From positions 32,401-96,400 of IMG/VR virus record IMGVR_UViG_3300035661_000025: a stretch of DNA of 64,000 nucleotides. One strand, written 5' to 3'. Shown here piece after piece: positions 1 to 8,775 of this stretch. The position numbers and the translations under genes are program-made. Position 1 is the first letter of the stretch; each line of letters begins with the position of its first letter. This DNA is from a virus. The notes under the pieces are model-generated. The model ran no database searches. It was not told the origin of the DNA and worked only from the letters and a program-made list of their open reading frames with translations.

Positions 1-301
1 AAGCATAGAGTCCGATAATGTAGTGGCTTGTTTGGGTGCAGATTTTCCAGATGAAATATTGAAAAAAGTAAAAGATCCAGTGTTTGTTTATGATAATACC
101 AACATAGACAAGACTGGAGCTAAGAAAGCTTTTAAATACGCAAAACTAGGATATAAAGTTATGATATGGCCTGATATATCATATAAAGATTTTAATGCTA
201 TATTGACTAAAGGTGCGACTAGAGAGAAACTTCAAAAGTTTCTAGAATCAAATATATATCAAGGGCTTTCAGCTCAAGTTAGATTAAAAATGGAAGGATA
301 G
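1..301 (+). CDS. DNA primase, C-terminal part (T4 gp61-like TOPRIM); 5' truncated by window edge
   Basis: Frame open from position 2 (SIESDNVVACLGADF...VFVYDN...D.TG); TOPRIM-like motifs and WP...KDFN as in T4-type primases. Confidence 0.8.
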   Translation, partial: SIESDNVVACLGADFPDEILKKVKDPVFVYDNTNIDKTGAKKAFKYAKLGYKVMIWPDISYKDFNAILTKGATREKLQKFLESNIYQGLSAQVRLKMEG

Positions 302-304
302 AAA

Positions 305-1042
305 ATGAGTAATTTCATAATTTTAAACAAACCTCATTATTCCACAAACATACAGCGAGAATTAATTCAATTGAGTGATGATGAACTTGCTGAGGAATTA
401 TTCTATAGTACTGATTGGTTTACGGATGAATTGTTTGAAGCTCGCACAGATTTGTCAATGTCAATAGGAGCAGAATATAGCCGTCTTATGGTTGATTATG
501 AAAAAATAAACAACATAAAAGAACCTGGAAATGCTATTGGTAGAGGTGTTTTGTATACTCATAATTATCAAGGGAAACTTATGAGATTAATTGATGATAA
601 ATCCAATAAGTTTTTGGCTAGTTATGAAAAACGATTAAAATTTTTCAATGAGCAAATATCACTTGCTGAAAGTTTTTTTGATGAAGTTATCATAATAGAT
701 TGTCATTCTTTTGATACACATTATACTAATGTAGTTAACAATACTCCGGGAATGAAACACCCAGATATTTGTATAGGATATAATGAAAAAAATTGTAATC
801 TGTTGAAAATTCAAGAACTAAAAGAACACTTCAAATCTTTAGGTTATTCGGTTAACTTAAATTTTCCTTTTTCCGGAAGTTATTTGCCTGAATACAATAT
901 AGAAAATCCTAATGTGTTTACGGTCATGATAGAAGTAAACAAAGATCTTTACATGAGTAAAGATGGATTTGTACCTCTTAAGAAAGATTCTTTTAATAAA
1001 TTAAAAGAAGATATAACTAATGGTATTATGATATTCGCATAA
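305..1042 (+). CDS. N-formylglutamate amidohydrolase (FGase/HutG-like)
   Basis: Motifs PH, TDWFTDELF, SRLMVDYE, GRGVLY, IIDCHSF, PDICIG, NFPFSGS, MIEVNKDLY. Confidence 0.85.
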   Translation: MSNFIILNKPHYSTNIQRELIQLSDDELAEELFYSTDWFTDELFEARTDLSMSIGAEYSRLMVDYEKINNIKEPGNAIGRGVLYTHNYQGKLMRLIDDKSNKFLASYEKRLKFFNEQISLAESFFDEVIIIDCHSFDTHYTNVVNNTPGMKHPDICIGYNEKNCNLLKIQELKEHFKSLGYSVNLNFPFSGSYLPEYNIENPNVFTVMIEVNKDLYMSKDGFVPLKKDSFNKLKEDITNGIMIFA

Positions 1043-1610
1043 AAATAACTACTCTAGGGTCTTCAGGATGGACCTTTCCTTCATCATCTACAAAATCAGA
1101 AACTCCGTCTACAATAGCGTAAGCTTCTCCTGGAGTTCCTGAATTCATTGATTTATCAATTTTGAATCCATGTCTCGAGTATAATGAATATAATGGACCA
1201 TAAATTTCTTTACCTTTACGAAACGCAAAACAATCTAAATGTTTCGCCCCATTTTTCACAGCACTTTTCATAATAGCATCTCCAGAAGATCCCTTCGTAC
1301 TAAAAACCGAGACCAATTCATCTCCATGGTTTATTGCATAACCCGATGAGTTATTGTGACCCAAAAAACATTTCATTTTATTATAATCACTACGATTATA
1401 AACAGACAATGTCTCTAGACCTTTATGTGGCAACCCTTTATTGAGCTTAGCTATATCATTTTCTTTTATTTTAGAAATAGCTCTAAAGAACGTAGTCCCG
1501 TCCACTTCTGAAAAATCATTCTCATCAAATAATTTTTGACCTTTTTCTAATTGCTCAGGAGAAAGTCTCCCCATATCATAAAACTTTTCAAATAATTCTT
1601 TTAATGTCAT
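1026..1610 (-). CDS. late protein with GNAT-like fold (possible acetyltransferase)
   Basis: ELVSVFS..GS.G..IM..AV..GA..LDCF...LYSLYSRHGF resembles GNAT motifs A/B; TATAAATA upstream on minus strand. Confidence 0.5.
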   Translation of the reverse strand: MTLKELFEKFYDMGRLSPEQLEKGQKLFDENDFSEVDGTTFFRAISKIKENDIAKLNKGLPHKGLETLSVYNRSDYNKMKCFLGHNNSSGYAINHGDELVSVFSTKGSSGDAIMKSAVKNGAKHLDCFAFRKGKEIYGPLYSLYSRHGFKIDKSMNSGTPGEAYAIVDGVSDFVDDEGKVHPEDPRVVIFMRIS

Positions 1611-1624
1611 CTTTTTATATATTC

Positions 1625-1646
1625 CTAAGGTTATAAATGTTATAAT
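1625..1646 (+). promoter_or_regulatory. early/middle host-sigma70-type promoter
   Basis: CTAAG-N8-TGTTATAAT followed by AAGGA RBS and ATG 1671. Confidence 0.7.
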
Positions 1647-1647
1647 G

Positions 1648-1655
1648 TATTTATA
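1648..1655 (-). promoter_or_regulatory. T4-type late promoter TATAAATA
   Basis: TATTTATA on + strand, 38 nt before start of 1026..1610. Confidence 0.65.
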
Positions 1656-1670
1656 AAAGGACAGAAAGAC

Positions 1671-1898
1671 ATGAAATTAGATTTTTTTAAACAGCCATTG
1701 AATGAAGGTGATTGTGTTGCTTTTCCATCATCTGGTAGTATGATGTTAGGAATTATAGAGAAGTTTAGATTTTTCAAATCTAGAAAAGATCAAACCGTTT
1801 ATCGAGTTGATGGATTTGTACGAAATAGCTCCGGAAACAAAAAATGGAAAGATTGTAGAGATCTTGTAAAATGTCCAGAATCATTTAAGGAGTATTGA
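1671..1898 (+). CDS. hypothetical protein (SH3/KOW-like)
   Basis: ORF with RBS; D.F.QPL.EGD.VAF pattern of small phage beta-barrel proteins. Confidence 0.6.
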   Translation: MKLDFFKQPLNEGDCVAFPSSGSMMLGIIEKFRFFKSRKDQTVYRVDGFVRNSSGNKKWKDCRDLVKCPESFKEY

Positions 1899-2506
1899 TG
1901 AAAATTATCTCTAAATTTCAAGACTATTATGACTTTTCTTGTGGATATTTCGATAATTCAACTTGTTACCCACGAGAAGTGTTCGCTGTTCAGGATAAAA
2001 ACATTCTTGCTAAATTGGAATCTATTGTTCCAAAATATTCATATCGAATTGATGATGAAATAAAACATCATGCAGGTATTGTAATTTTGAACAACATCAT
2101 GTATCCATTCGTTAGAGTTCTCATAAAAGGTAACTTATCTAGTATTTCATATGAGCCTATAGGTAACAGATATTTTGATAGAATTTTTAAATTTAAAGGT
2201 TCGGTTTTTGAAATTGATGCGCCTGTAGCAATATATGACCCATATGGAGTATCTTTACCAAAAGGTATAAAACCGATAAATTTTAATGGATCATTTTATG
2301 ATTGTAATTATGGATTTGAAAAGCGTTTTATTCATAATGCACCTTTGAAGCCTTATAAGTTTCCATTAGATGGCAGAATTGTGTTACAAGAGATTGAAAC
2401 ATTTCTTAATAAACACAAAGAAGAAATGATTCCACAAGTTTTATCAGATAATGATATTCGAGATGCTAAAGGGTTCGATAAAAATTCATTCCGGAGAACA
2501 AAATGA
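1895..2506 (+). CDS. hypothetical phage protein
   Basis: Coupled ORF; KIISKFQDYYD N-terminus and GFDKNSFR C-terminus. Confidence 0.7.
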   Translation: MMKIISKFQDYYDFSCGYFDNSTCYPREVFAVQDKNILAKLESIVPKYSYRIDDEIKHHAGIVILNNIMYPFVRVLIKGNLSSISYEPIGNRYFDRIFKFKGSVFEIDAPVAIYDPYGVSLPKGIKPINFNGSFYDCNYGFEKRFIHNAPLKPYKFPLDGRIVLQEIETFLNKHKEEMIPQVLSDNDIRDAKGFDKNSFRRTK

Positions 2507-2685
2507 TTAAATTACCAATTACTGCAGAAGAGTTTGCTTTGAAATGTGAAGAATTGTGGAGAAATGTAGCAATTGCATATGTTTCAGCTAGCAATTCTTC
2601 AAACAAATATTCAATGAAAGAATGGGCAGATCAAGCAGTTGAAGATTATAGAAAATCTTTTTCATATTGGAATCCAACAAACTAG
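2503..2685 (+). CDS. hypothetical protein
   Basis: ATGA overlap with upstream gene, GGAG RBS. Confidence 0.6.
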   Translation: MIKLPITAEEFALKCEELWRNVAIAYVSASNSSNKYSMKEWADQAVEDYRKSFSYWNPTN

Positions 2686-2767
2686 AGACAACATCATATT
2701 GACAGATATCTAAAACAAAACTGATATAATAAAAGCAGGGGTTTTAAATTCTGAAAAAATTAATATA

Positions 2768-2790
2768 TTCTTAAGGTTAAACCTTAAGAA
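2768..2790. repeat. intergenic inverted repeat
   Basis: TTCTTAAGGTT-A-AACCTTAAGAA, 11-bp arms. Confidence 0.8.
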
Positions 2791-2827
2791 AAATTTAATG
2801 AGATATTATAAACGGTTTAATGTTTAA

Positions 2828-2848
2828 TTAAGAAATTTATGTTATAAT
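2828..2848 (+). promoter_or_regulatory. early promoter
   Basis: TTAAG-N7-TGTTATAAT. Confidence 0.7.
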
Positions 2849-2859
2849 AAAGGATAAAA

Positions 2860-3003
2860 ATGTTAGACGAAACTATAGAATATTGGGTTCAAGAAGCTGT
2901 TTATTTTATCAATGAACTTAATTTTGAAACTGATAATGAAACCGAATTTTGGTTTTATCACAAAGCTGTAGATTATTACATTTTATATCACACATCAAAA
3001 TAA
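2860..3003 (+). CDS. small hypothetical protein (47 aa, not in ORF track)
   Basis: AAGGA RBS + ATG; MLDETIEYWVQEAVYF...HTSK*. Confidence 0.55.
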   Translation: MLDETIEYWVQEAVYFINELNFETDNETEFWFYHKAVDYYILYHTSK

Positions 3004-3014
3004 AAAGGAATGCT

Positions 3015-3350
3015 ATGAAAATTATTTGTTTAGAACTAGATTGGGCAGACGAATTTCATTACCCAATCGTGTCATTAATTTCAAATGAGGATTTGGAAAG
3101 AATCAAAGAGAGGATTGACCATTTAAAAAATGTGGGAACGGATATGAATCACACCCAAGAATATTATTTTGGAACCAACGAAGCTTTTGATTTTTCTTTT
3201 AATGATATTATATCTATGATTGAAGATGCCAAATATATCTCAGAAGAAGAAGTTGATGTATTGATTAAATTTGGTGTTCTTGATTTTGGAACTGATATTG
3301 TAAGCAAATTCTTAGAAACATATGATTATGATGAAGAATGGGATGATTAA
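3015..3350 (+). CDS. hypothetical acidic protein
   Basis: Start reassigned to ATG 3015 after AAGGA; DWADEF, YFGTNE motifs. Confidence 0.7.
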   Translation: MKIICLELDWADEFHYPIVSLISNEDLERIKERIDHLKNVGTDMNHTQEYYFGTNEAFDFSFNDIISMIEDAKYISEEEVDVLIKFGVLDFGTDIVSKFLETYDYDEEWDD

Positions 3351-3404
3351 TATTTATTTAATGTAATTTGTGATATAATAAAACAATTAAAAAGAAGGAT
3401 TTAC

Positions 3405-4316
3405 ATGAAAGAATATCTTCCAAAATTATACAAAAAAATTAATGAAATTGGTTTTAAATTTCATTCAGATATTTTTAAGAAAGCCGTTACAGAAAAAACA
3501 ACTAAATCTGAGTGGGTTGAATTAGAATTGATTTCTTCAAAAACAAACGGACCTATTTTTGAAAGTGAATTCTCTAGATGTATTAAAGATGTGTTAATGA
3601 TAAAAGGCTATCCAAATGATAGTTTTTTTAAATCTGACATTATTCAAGATGTTTTATCATTGTTAGATCACGCATCTGAATTGTTTAAAAGACATGTTTT
3701 TCCAGATGAAGTTTACGAAATCATGGATATTATGAGCCAATACAATACAAAAATGGTAGGCGGCTCTGTAAGAGATATTTTGCTTAATAAATCACCTAAA
3801 GATTTTGATTTTGTAACAGACGCTTCATATAATGAAGTTACAGAAGAATTAACCAAACATGGATATACAATCAAAGAGACTGGTAAACATTTTTTAGTCA
3901 TGATTGCTTCAAAAAATGGATGGGATTTTGAAATTTCTAATTTTCGTAAAGATGGCACATACTCAGATGGTAGACATCCAGAAGCTGTTATGATTGGAGA
4001 TATTTACGATGATGCATTTAGACGAGATTTCACAGTAAATGCTTTGTATTTGGATGTAAAAACATTTAACTTGCAAGACCCTACAGGTCAAGGGCTTGAT
4101 GATTTTCAAGAAAGAACATTGAAATTTGTAGGAAAGCCAAAGGAACGAATTAAAGAAGATTATCTTCGCTGTTTTAGATTTTATCGTTTCCTTGATAAAG
4201 GGTTTGAGCCGGATCCAGTTTCTCTTAGCGCAGTTAGAGAAATATTTTCCGAAGCTATTGCAAAAACATCACCAGAACGTATTCGTGTAGAAATTGAAAG
4301 AATGGTTAAACTATGA
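3405..4316 (+). CDS. cca: class II tRNA nucleotidyltransferase (CCA-adding/poly(A) polymerase family), tail-less
   Basis: VGGSVRD, KDFDFVT, DGRHP loop, RRDFTVNAL, EDYLR, ERIRVE; TGATATAAT promoter at 3371-3379. Confidence 0.9.
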   Translation: MKEYLPKLYKKINEIGFKFHSDIFKKAVTEKTTKSEWVELELISSKTNGPIFESEFSRCIKDVLMIKGYPNDSFFKSDIIQDVLSLLDHASELFKRHVFPDEVYEIMDIMSQYNTKMVGGSVRDILLNKSPKDFDFVTDASYNEVTEELTKHGYTIKETGKHFLVMIASKNGWDFEISNFRKDGTYSDGRHPEAVMIGDIYDDAFRRDFTVNALYLDVKTFNLQDPTGQGLDDFQERTLKFVGKPKERIKEDYLRCFRFYRFLDKGFEPDPVSLSAVREIFSEAIAKTSPERIRVEIERMVKL

Positions 4317-4531
4317 AATTGATGTTTGTAACAGGGCAGAATGGTGTAAAATGCATAGCACAAAAGGCTATATTTGATTATATAGATACAGCTGTTGTAG
4401 ATACAAATAATAAAGATTTATTTTTTAATTTTAAAGATTATGAAATAAAAATAGGTGATGTTCTTGTAACATTTAACAACAAAGAAAATTATACAAAAGT
4501 ATATGAAGAAATTTTAAAAAATATGAATTAG
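4313..4531 (+). CDS. hypothetical protein
   Basis: ATGA-type overlap, in operon. Confidence 0.6.
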   Translation: MKLMFVTGQNGVKCIAQKAIFDYIDTAVVDTNNKDLFFNFKDYEIKIGDVLVTFNNKENYTKVYEEILKNMN

Positions 4532-4541
4532 AAGGAATTAC

Positions 4542-5009
4542 ATGAAATTACTAAAAGTACCTGGATCACGATTAATCAATTTAGAAGCTGTATCTAGCGT
4601 GGGATTTAAGCCTACACCCGAAGGCGAAACTAAGGTTATAGTGAATTATTCACACAGCATTACATTGAAAAATGGTAATATGGTAGCAGATTATACCTAT
4701 ATTTACTACAATAAAAACGTTCAAGAGACCACAAAGGCATTCATAAAAGCTTTGGGTGATACTGCACTAGTAAGTACGGATAAAAATCATTATGTGGTAA
4801 ATGGTGATAAAGTAGCCAACATTGCATTTGACAATGACAAAAGACGTATCATTTTTAATCTTTGTTACTCTAAAGAGATTCAATTGACTGGTGGGGTTTA
4901 CACAATTTCATCTGATTTTTGTTACTGGGATTACTCATCAGATGAAGAATATGAGAAAAATGTAAAAGCATTAGAAGAAAAATCAACACTAGCATCTTTT
5001 AAGGATTAA
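4542..5009 (+). CDS. hypothetical protein with internal duplication
   Basis: Two similar halves: LINLEAVSSVGF..KVIVNYSHSI..DYTYIYY / VVNGDKVANIAF..RIIFNLCYSKEI..DFCYWDY. Confidence 0.7.
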   Translation: MKLLKVPGSRLINLEAVSSVGFKPTPEGETKVIVNYSHSITLKNGNMVADYTYIYYNKNVQETTKAFIKALGDTALVSTDKNHYVVNGDKVANIAFDNDKRRIIFNLCYSKEIQLTGGVYTISSDFCYWDYSSDEEYEKNVKALEEKSTLASFKD

Positions 5010-5010
5010 T

Positions 5011-5346
5011 ATGGGTCAACAATTAACCGATACAGAAATGGAAATGATTGACTCTTTTATAGATCAAAAGCGTTCTGAAGAACAGAATTTGACATTGCAA
5101 TTTGCTAATGAAATTTTAAATCACATGCTTCAGAAAAAAGAAATTGATGGATATATTAAAGACATCAAAACAGACGCCAAAGCAAATGGTATTTTGGTGA
5201 AGCAGGTCATGAAAGCTATTAATGATTTGAAAAAAGAATTAAAAACTACTGATGTGGAAAAATCTGAAGAAGATTTAATTATAACTCTTTTAGATAATGA
5301 TTTTGGTATTAAAAACAAAATTCAAAAATTGATTGAAAAGGATTAA
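5011..5346 (+). CDS. dsDNA-binding protein (T4 DsbA/GapR-like)
   Basis: Helical protein with IKDIKTDAKANG motif. Confidence 0.55.
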   Translation: MGQQLTDTEMEMIDSFIDQKRSEEQNLTLQFANEILNHMLQKKEIDGYIKDIKTDAKANGILVKQVMKAINDLKKELKTTDVEKSEEDLIITLLDNDFGIKNKIQKLIEKD

Positions 5347-5348
5347 TT

Positions 5349-5870
5349 ATGAAGAAAATTTTAACGTTAATGTTATTGGTAACTGGATTGTTCGCATTCC
5401 CAGCAACTGTGGTAAAAATTATAGATGGTGATACTATTACAGTAAAAACTATTGATGGTAATATCACTAAATTGAGATTTGCTGATATTGATACACCTGA
5501 GAAATATCTTGTATCAAATAAAGCTAAATATGATATTAAAACATGTGGTAAATCTACATATACTATGGGGAAAGAAGCAAGTGCTTATTTAGAATCAGTT
5601 GTTAAAATTGGTAATATTGTAGAAGTTAAACTATCTGGAAATACATCTTATGATAGAGATGTTGCTATTATATACTTCAACAATACAAATCTCAATGAAT
5701 TAATGGTTTTACAAGGATATGCTTATGTATGGCATACTGGTAATGATATAACTGATTTATCATATAAAACTATTTTATTAAATAGTCAAACTTCCGCTAA
5801 GGAAAATAAACTAGGTCTTTGGAAAAAATACCCAGATGTTATGGAATGCCTAATTAATTATCATAAGTAA
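5349..5870 (+). CDS. thermonuclease (SNase family) with signal peptide
   Basis: MKKILTLMLLVTGLFA signal; IDGDT, RFADIDTPE, YDR, NELMVLQGYA, GLW. Confidence 0.9.
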   Translation: MKKILTLMLLVTGLFAFPATVVKIIDGDTITVKTIDGNITKLRFADIDTPEKYLVSNKAKYDIKTCGKSTYTMGKEASAYLESVVKIGNIVEVKLSGNTSYDRDVAIIYFNNTNLNELMVLQGYAYVWHTGNDITDLSYKTILLNSQTSAKENKLGLWKKYPDVMECLINYHK

Positions 5871-5873
5871 TCT

Positions 5874-5894
5874 TTAAGGTTAATATGATATAAT
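5874..5894 (+). promoter_or_regulatory. early promoter
   Basis: TTAAG-N7-TGATATAAT. Confidence 0.7.
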
Positions 5895-5924
5895 TATTGT
5901 ATAAAAAGAAAAGAAGGATAGAAA

Positions 5925-6101
5925 ATGGACGAATCATTAATAAAAGGGCTTAGAAGAACTTCAGTAAAAACTCTATTAAGAAATGGAACATCATTTCTAA
6001 AATATGTAGCTAAGGAATTAGACATTGAAATTAATGATTTTATGTCTGATTTAGAAATAGCAAAATCAATTAAAATGAAAATTGAGAAGGATAGAAATTG
6101 A
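5925..6101 (+). CDS. small hypothetical protein (58 aa, not in ORF track)
   Basis: AAGGA RBS after promoter; MDESLIKGLRRT...KDRN*. Confidence 0.6.
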   Translation: MDESLIKGLRRTSVKTLLRNGTSFLKYVAKELDIEINDFMSDLEIAKSIKMKIEKDRN

Positions 6102-6388
6102 CTCAAGGGATAGTAAAGCATAATATCAAAGCATTAGAGATATTAAAAAGGTCAACTCATATACTAGACAGTAGTGGAGCACCGATGTTTACAGATGACG
6201 AGATAGATGAAGCAATTTTAGAACTTGAAAAATTAAAAGATGTTGAGTTAGTGTTCGTTTTACTAAAAAACGAACCTTCAAATTGTGATGTCTGTAAATG
6301 GAAAAATAGTGGTTTATGGTCTAAATGTTTAACTTGTATTCGATACAGAGCACAAGGTCTAAAAGATAATTTTGAAAAGGAAAGATAA
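6098..6388 (+). CDS. hypothetical protein with CxxC...CxxC
   Basis: CDVC and CLTC; TTG start after AAGGA. Confidence 0.6.
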   Translation: MTQGIVKHNIKALEILKRSTHILDSSGAPMFTDDEIDEAILELEKLKDVELVFVLLKNEPSNCDVCKWKNSGLWSKCLTCIRYRAQGLKDNFEKER

Positions 6389-6390
6389 AA

Positions 6391-7446
6391 ATGACATTAT
6401 ACAAATTCCCAAGTATTGAGCAATTTCGCTCAGTGGTAAAACACGTTCGTGAACGTTCACAATTTGATGGGTTAGATGAAAATAACGAACCAATCTACAA
6501 TCATACAAAGAAAGCACCTAAGCTTATGTTTCACGGAACTACTAAGTTGCACGGAACAAATCATTCAATCGTAATTGATAAAGAGGATGGGTTTTATACA
6601 CAATCTCGGGAACGTATTAGTACACCAGAGAAAGATAATGCCGGTTCAAGTATTTGGTCTCATTCACATAAAGAGCATTTTGAAAAGGTAGTACTACCTT
6701 TTATGGAAGACATGCCAGACGCTAAAACTTGTATCATTTATGGTGAATGGTGCGGTGGCAATATTCAAGCAAAAGTAGCGTTAAATAAACTTCCTAAAAT
6801 GTTTGTTATTTTTGGTATCAAATTCATTAACCATGATGAATCTCAAGAATGGATTAATCTTGAAAATTTTAAAGGTCTTGCTGATTCACTAGCAGATGAA
6901 ACAAAAAATATCTATCACATTGAACAATTTCCTACTTGGGATATTGAAATTGACTTTGAGGCACCAGAAGAAGTTCAAAATAAACTGATTGAATTGACTA
7001 CAGAAGTAGAGAAACGATGTCCAGTTGCATTTAAACTTGGAGTAGACGGTATCGGAGAAGGAATTGTGTGGAAATGTGTTACTGATGTTGACGGTATGAA
7101 AACTCGTGATTTAATTTTCAAGGTAAAAGGTGAAGAACATGCAGGTAAATCTAAAACAAAAGTTCTTGCCCCAGTTGACGTTGAACGGATCAAGAACATC
7201 AATGAACTTGTTACTAAACTAACTCCTGATTGGCGTTTGGAACAAATGTATCAAAACGTATTTGATACATTAAATGGTGGAACTGGTGATATTAAACGTC
7301 TTGGTGAATTCCTTAAAGCGATTGTAGGTGATATTGTTAAGGAAGAATTAGATACAATCACTGCTTCTGGATTTGAAGTTAAAGACTTGACTGGAAATAT
7401 CAATAAAGTTAGTCGTGATTGGTTCATGAAGAAATTAGATATTTAA
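6391..7446 (+). CDS. rnl2: RNA ligase, Rnl2 family
   Basis: KLHGTN (motif I), QSR, YGEW.G, GEGIVW, FKVKGE. Confidence 0.88.
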   Translation: MTLYKFPSIEQFRSVVKHVRERSQFDGLDENNEPIYNHTKKAPKLMFHGTTKLHGTNHSIVIDKEDGFYTQSRERISTPEKDNAGSSIWSHSHKEHFEKVVLPFMEDMPDAKTCIIYGEWCGGNIQAKVALNKLPKMFVIFGIKFINHDESQEWINLENFKGLADSLADETKNIYHIEQFPTWDIEIDFEAPEEVQNKLIELTTEVEKRCPVAFKLGVDGIGEGIVWKCVTDVDGMKTRDLIFKVKGEEHAGKSKTKVLAPVDVERIKNINELVTKLTPDWRLEQMYQNVFDTLNGGTGDIKRLGEFLKAIVGDIVKEELDTITASGFEVKDLTGNINKVSRDWFMKKLDI

Positions 7447-7690
7447 ATTACTTACAATAATTTTATCTATTCTCTTTATGGGATGTGATGAAAGAAACCG
7501 CCTATGTTGGATACAAATGATTCTATAGCATTAGTCACAAATAAAAGATTCAAAACAGTTGATGCCGATATAGCATGTGATAAACATGGGTTTACATATT
7601 ATCAATCATATTCAGCCGATGATGAATATACTTACCTATTTTTTTAGAAATGGAGTGTATAATACTTATCAACTAGAATGTAATTTATAA
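7445..7690 (+). pseudogene. frameshifted small lipoprotein remnant
   Basis: KLLTIILSILFMG-C lipobox with no start codon; protein-like sequence continues in two other frames (MLDTNDS..ACDKHGFTYYQ; RNGVYNTYQLECNL*). Confidence 0.45.
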
Positions 7691-7693
7691 ATA
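7686..7693 (+). promoter_or_regulatory. late promoter TATAAATA
   Basis: Exact T4 late consensus upstream of 7722. Confidence 0.65.
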
Positions 7694-7721
7694 ACCTAAA
7701 TAAACAAAAAAGAGGTTTAAA

Positions 7722-7973
7722 ATGACAGATTTTAAAACGTTTATTGCTGGTTCTATGAATGAAGCAGATGGTAAATTTGACAGTGTTGATTTTATGATGG
7801 CGTTTGAAGATGGTGATGTTAATGCAAAACAAGCAATTGATGGTTTCGCGGAACTTATCAAAAGTGGTATTGTTTGGAATCTTCAAGGTGTATATGGTAG
7901 AACTGCAAAAGCATTGATTGATGCTGGTTATATCAATAAAGCTGGTAAGGTTCTTAAATACCCAAAAGACTAA
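7722..7973 (+). CDS. small late protein with capsid-targeting-like leader
   Basis: MTDFKTFIAGSMNE-A leader; WNLQGVYGRTA..LI..GYI domain. Confidence 0.7.
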   Translation: MTDFKTFIAGSMNEADGKFDSVDFMMAFEDGDVNAKQAIDGFAELIKSGIVWNLQGVYGRTAKALIDAGYINKAGKVLKYPKD

Positions 7974-7999
7974 AAAAGTAAGAGTACTCTTACTTTTTT
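7972..7999. terminator. perfect 28-bp palindrome; probable bidirectional intrinsic terminator
   Basis: AAAAAAGTAAGAGT|ACTCTTACTTTTTT directly after stop codon. Confidence 0.7.
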
Positions 8000-8037
8000 T
8001 AATAAAGAATTAATTATAGTTCTTTATTAAAAAAAGA

Positions 8038-8058
8038 TTAAGAATATTATGATATAAT
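8038..8058 (+). promoter_or_regulatory. early promoter
   Basis: TTAAG-N7-TGATATAAT. Confidence 0.7.
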
Positions 8059-8083
8059 TAGTGTAAAGATTGAAGGATAGAAG

Positions 8084-8773
8084 ATGAATTTACCTAAGCA
8101 TTTAATATTATCCATAAAACGAAATGTAGGTGGGTGTTGTAACCATTGTGGGCGAAGCCTTAAACATGTAGTTCAAATAAAAGAAACTGAATCTGGAGAT
8201 ATTTCAAATTTAGGTGCTGGATGTGTTAAAACTGTTACCGGAAAAACTTTAAAAGATATTTTCAAAGAGGAAAAAGTTTACAAAGAAGCCACAAGAATTT
8301 TGGATATTAACAATAAAGGTAAAATCCGAATCCAGGAATACAAAGAGCTAAATGAAGATATGATGAACTTCATAGAAAGCAATTTAGATAATCCATTTTT
8401 GAAATCTATGTACAAGACAATTGAAGAATTTGGAACTCTGTCACCAAATATGTACAACACCGTTTACTCAATGATGTTGCCATTGGAAACCGAAAAAAAT
8501 CCAAAAGATGTAGTAGCGAAAGTTATTAAAGTATCTAAAAAACAAACTGATTTTGGGACAAATTGGACTTTATTTGTAGAACAAAACAGAAAACTCTCTA
8601 GATTATTTTTCAGTTCTTTGAATGCAAAAAACCATGATTTATTTGTAGAATTAGGTTTGTTGGAACCGGATGGTAGTATTTTAATAGATCCACTATCTAA
8701 AGACATAAAGGTTATGTTCTCCGGAACATTTGATGGTTATAAAGTCAAAAGAATAAAAATTAAAAAGGGATAA
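8084..8773 (+). CDS. hypothetical protein with N-terminal Zn-ribbon
   Basis: CNHCGRSLKH...LGAGC. Confidence 0.7.
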   Translation: MNLPKHLILSIKRNVGGCCNHCGRSLKHVVQIKETESGDISNLGAGCVKTVTGKTLKDIFKEEKVYKEATRILDINNKGKIRIQEYKELNEDMMNFIESNLDNPFLKSMYKTIEEFGTLSPNMYNTVYSMMLPLETEKNPKDVVAKVIKVSKKQTDFGTNWTLFVEQNRKLSRLFFSSLNAKNHDLFVELGLLEPDGSILIDPLSKDIKVMFSGTFDGYKVKRIKIKKG

Positions 8774-8775
8774 TA

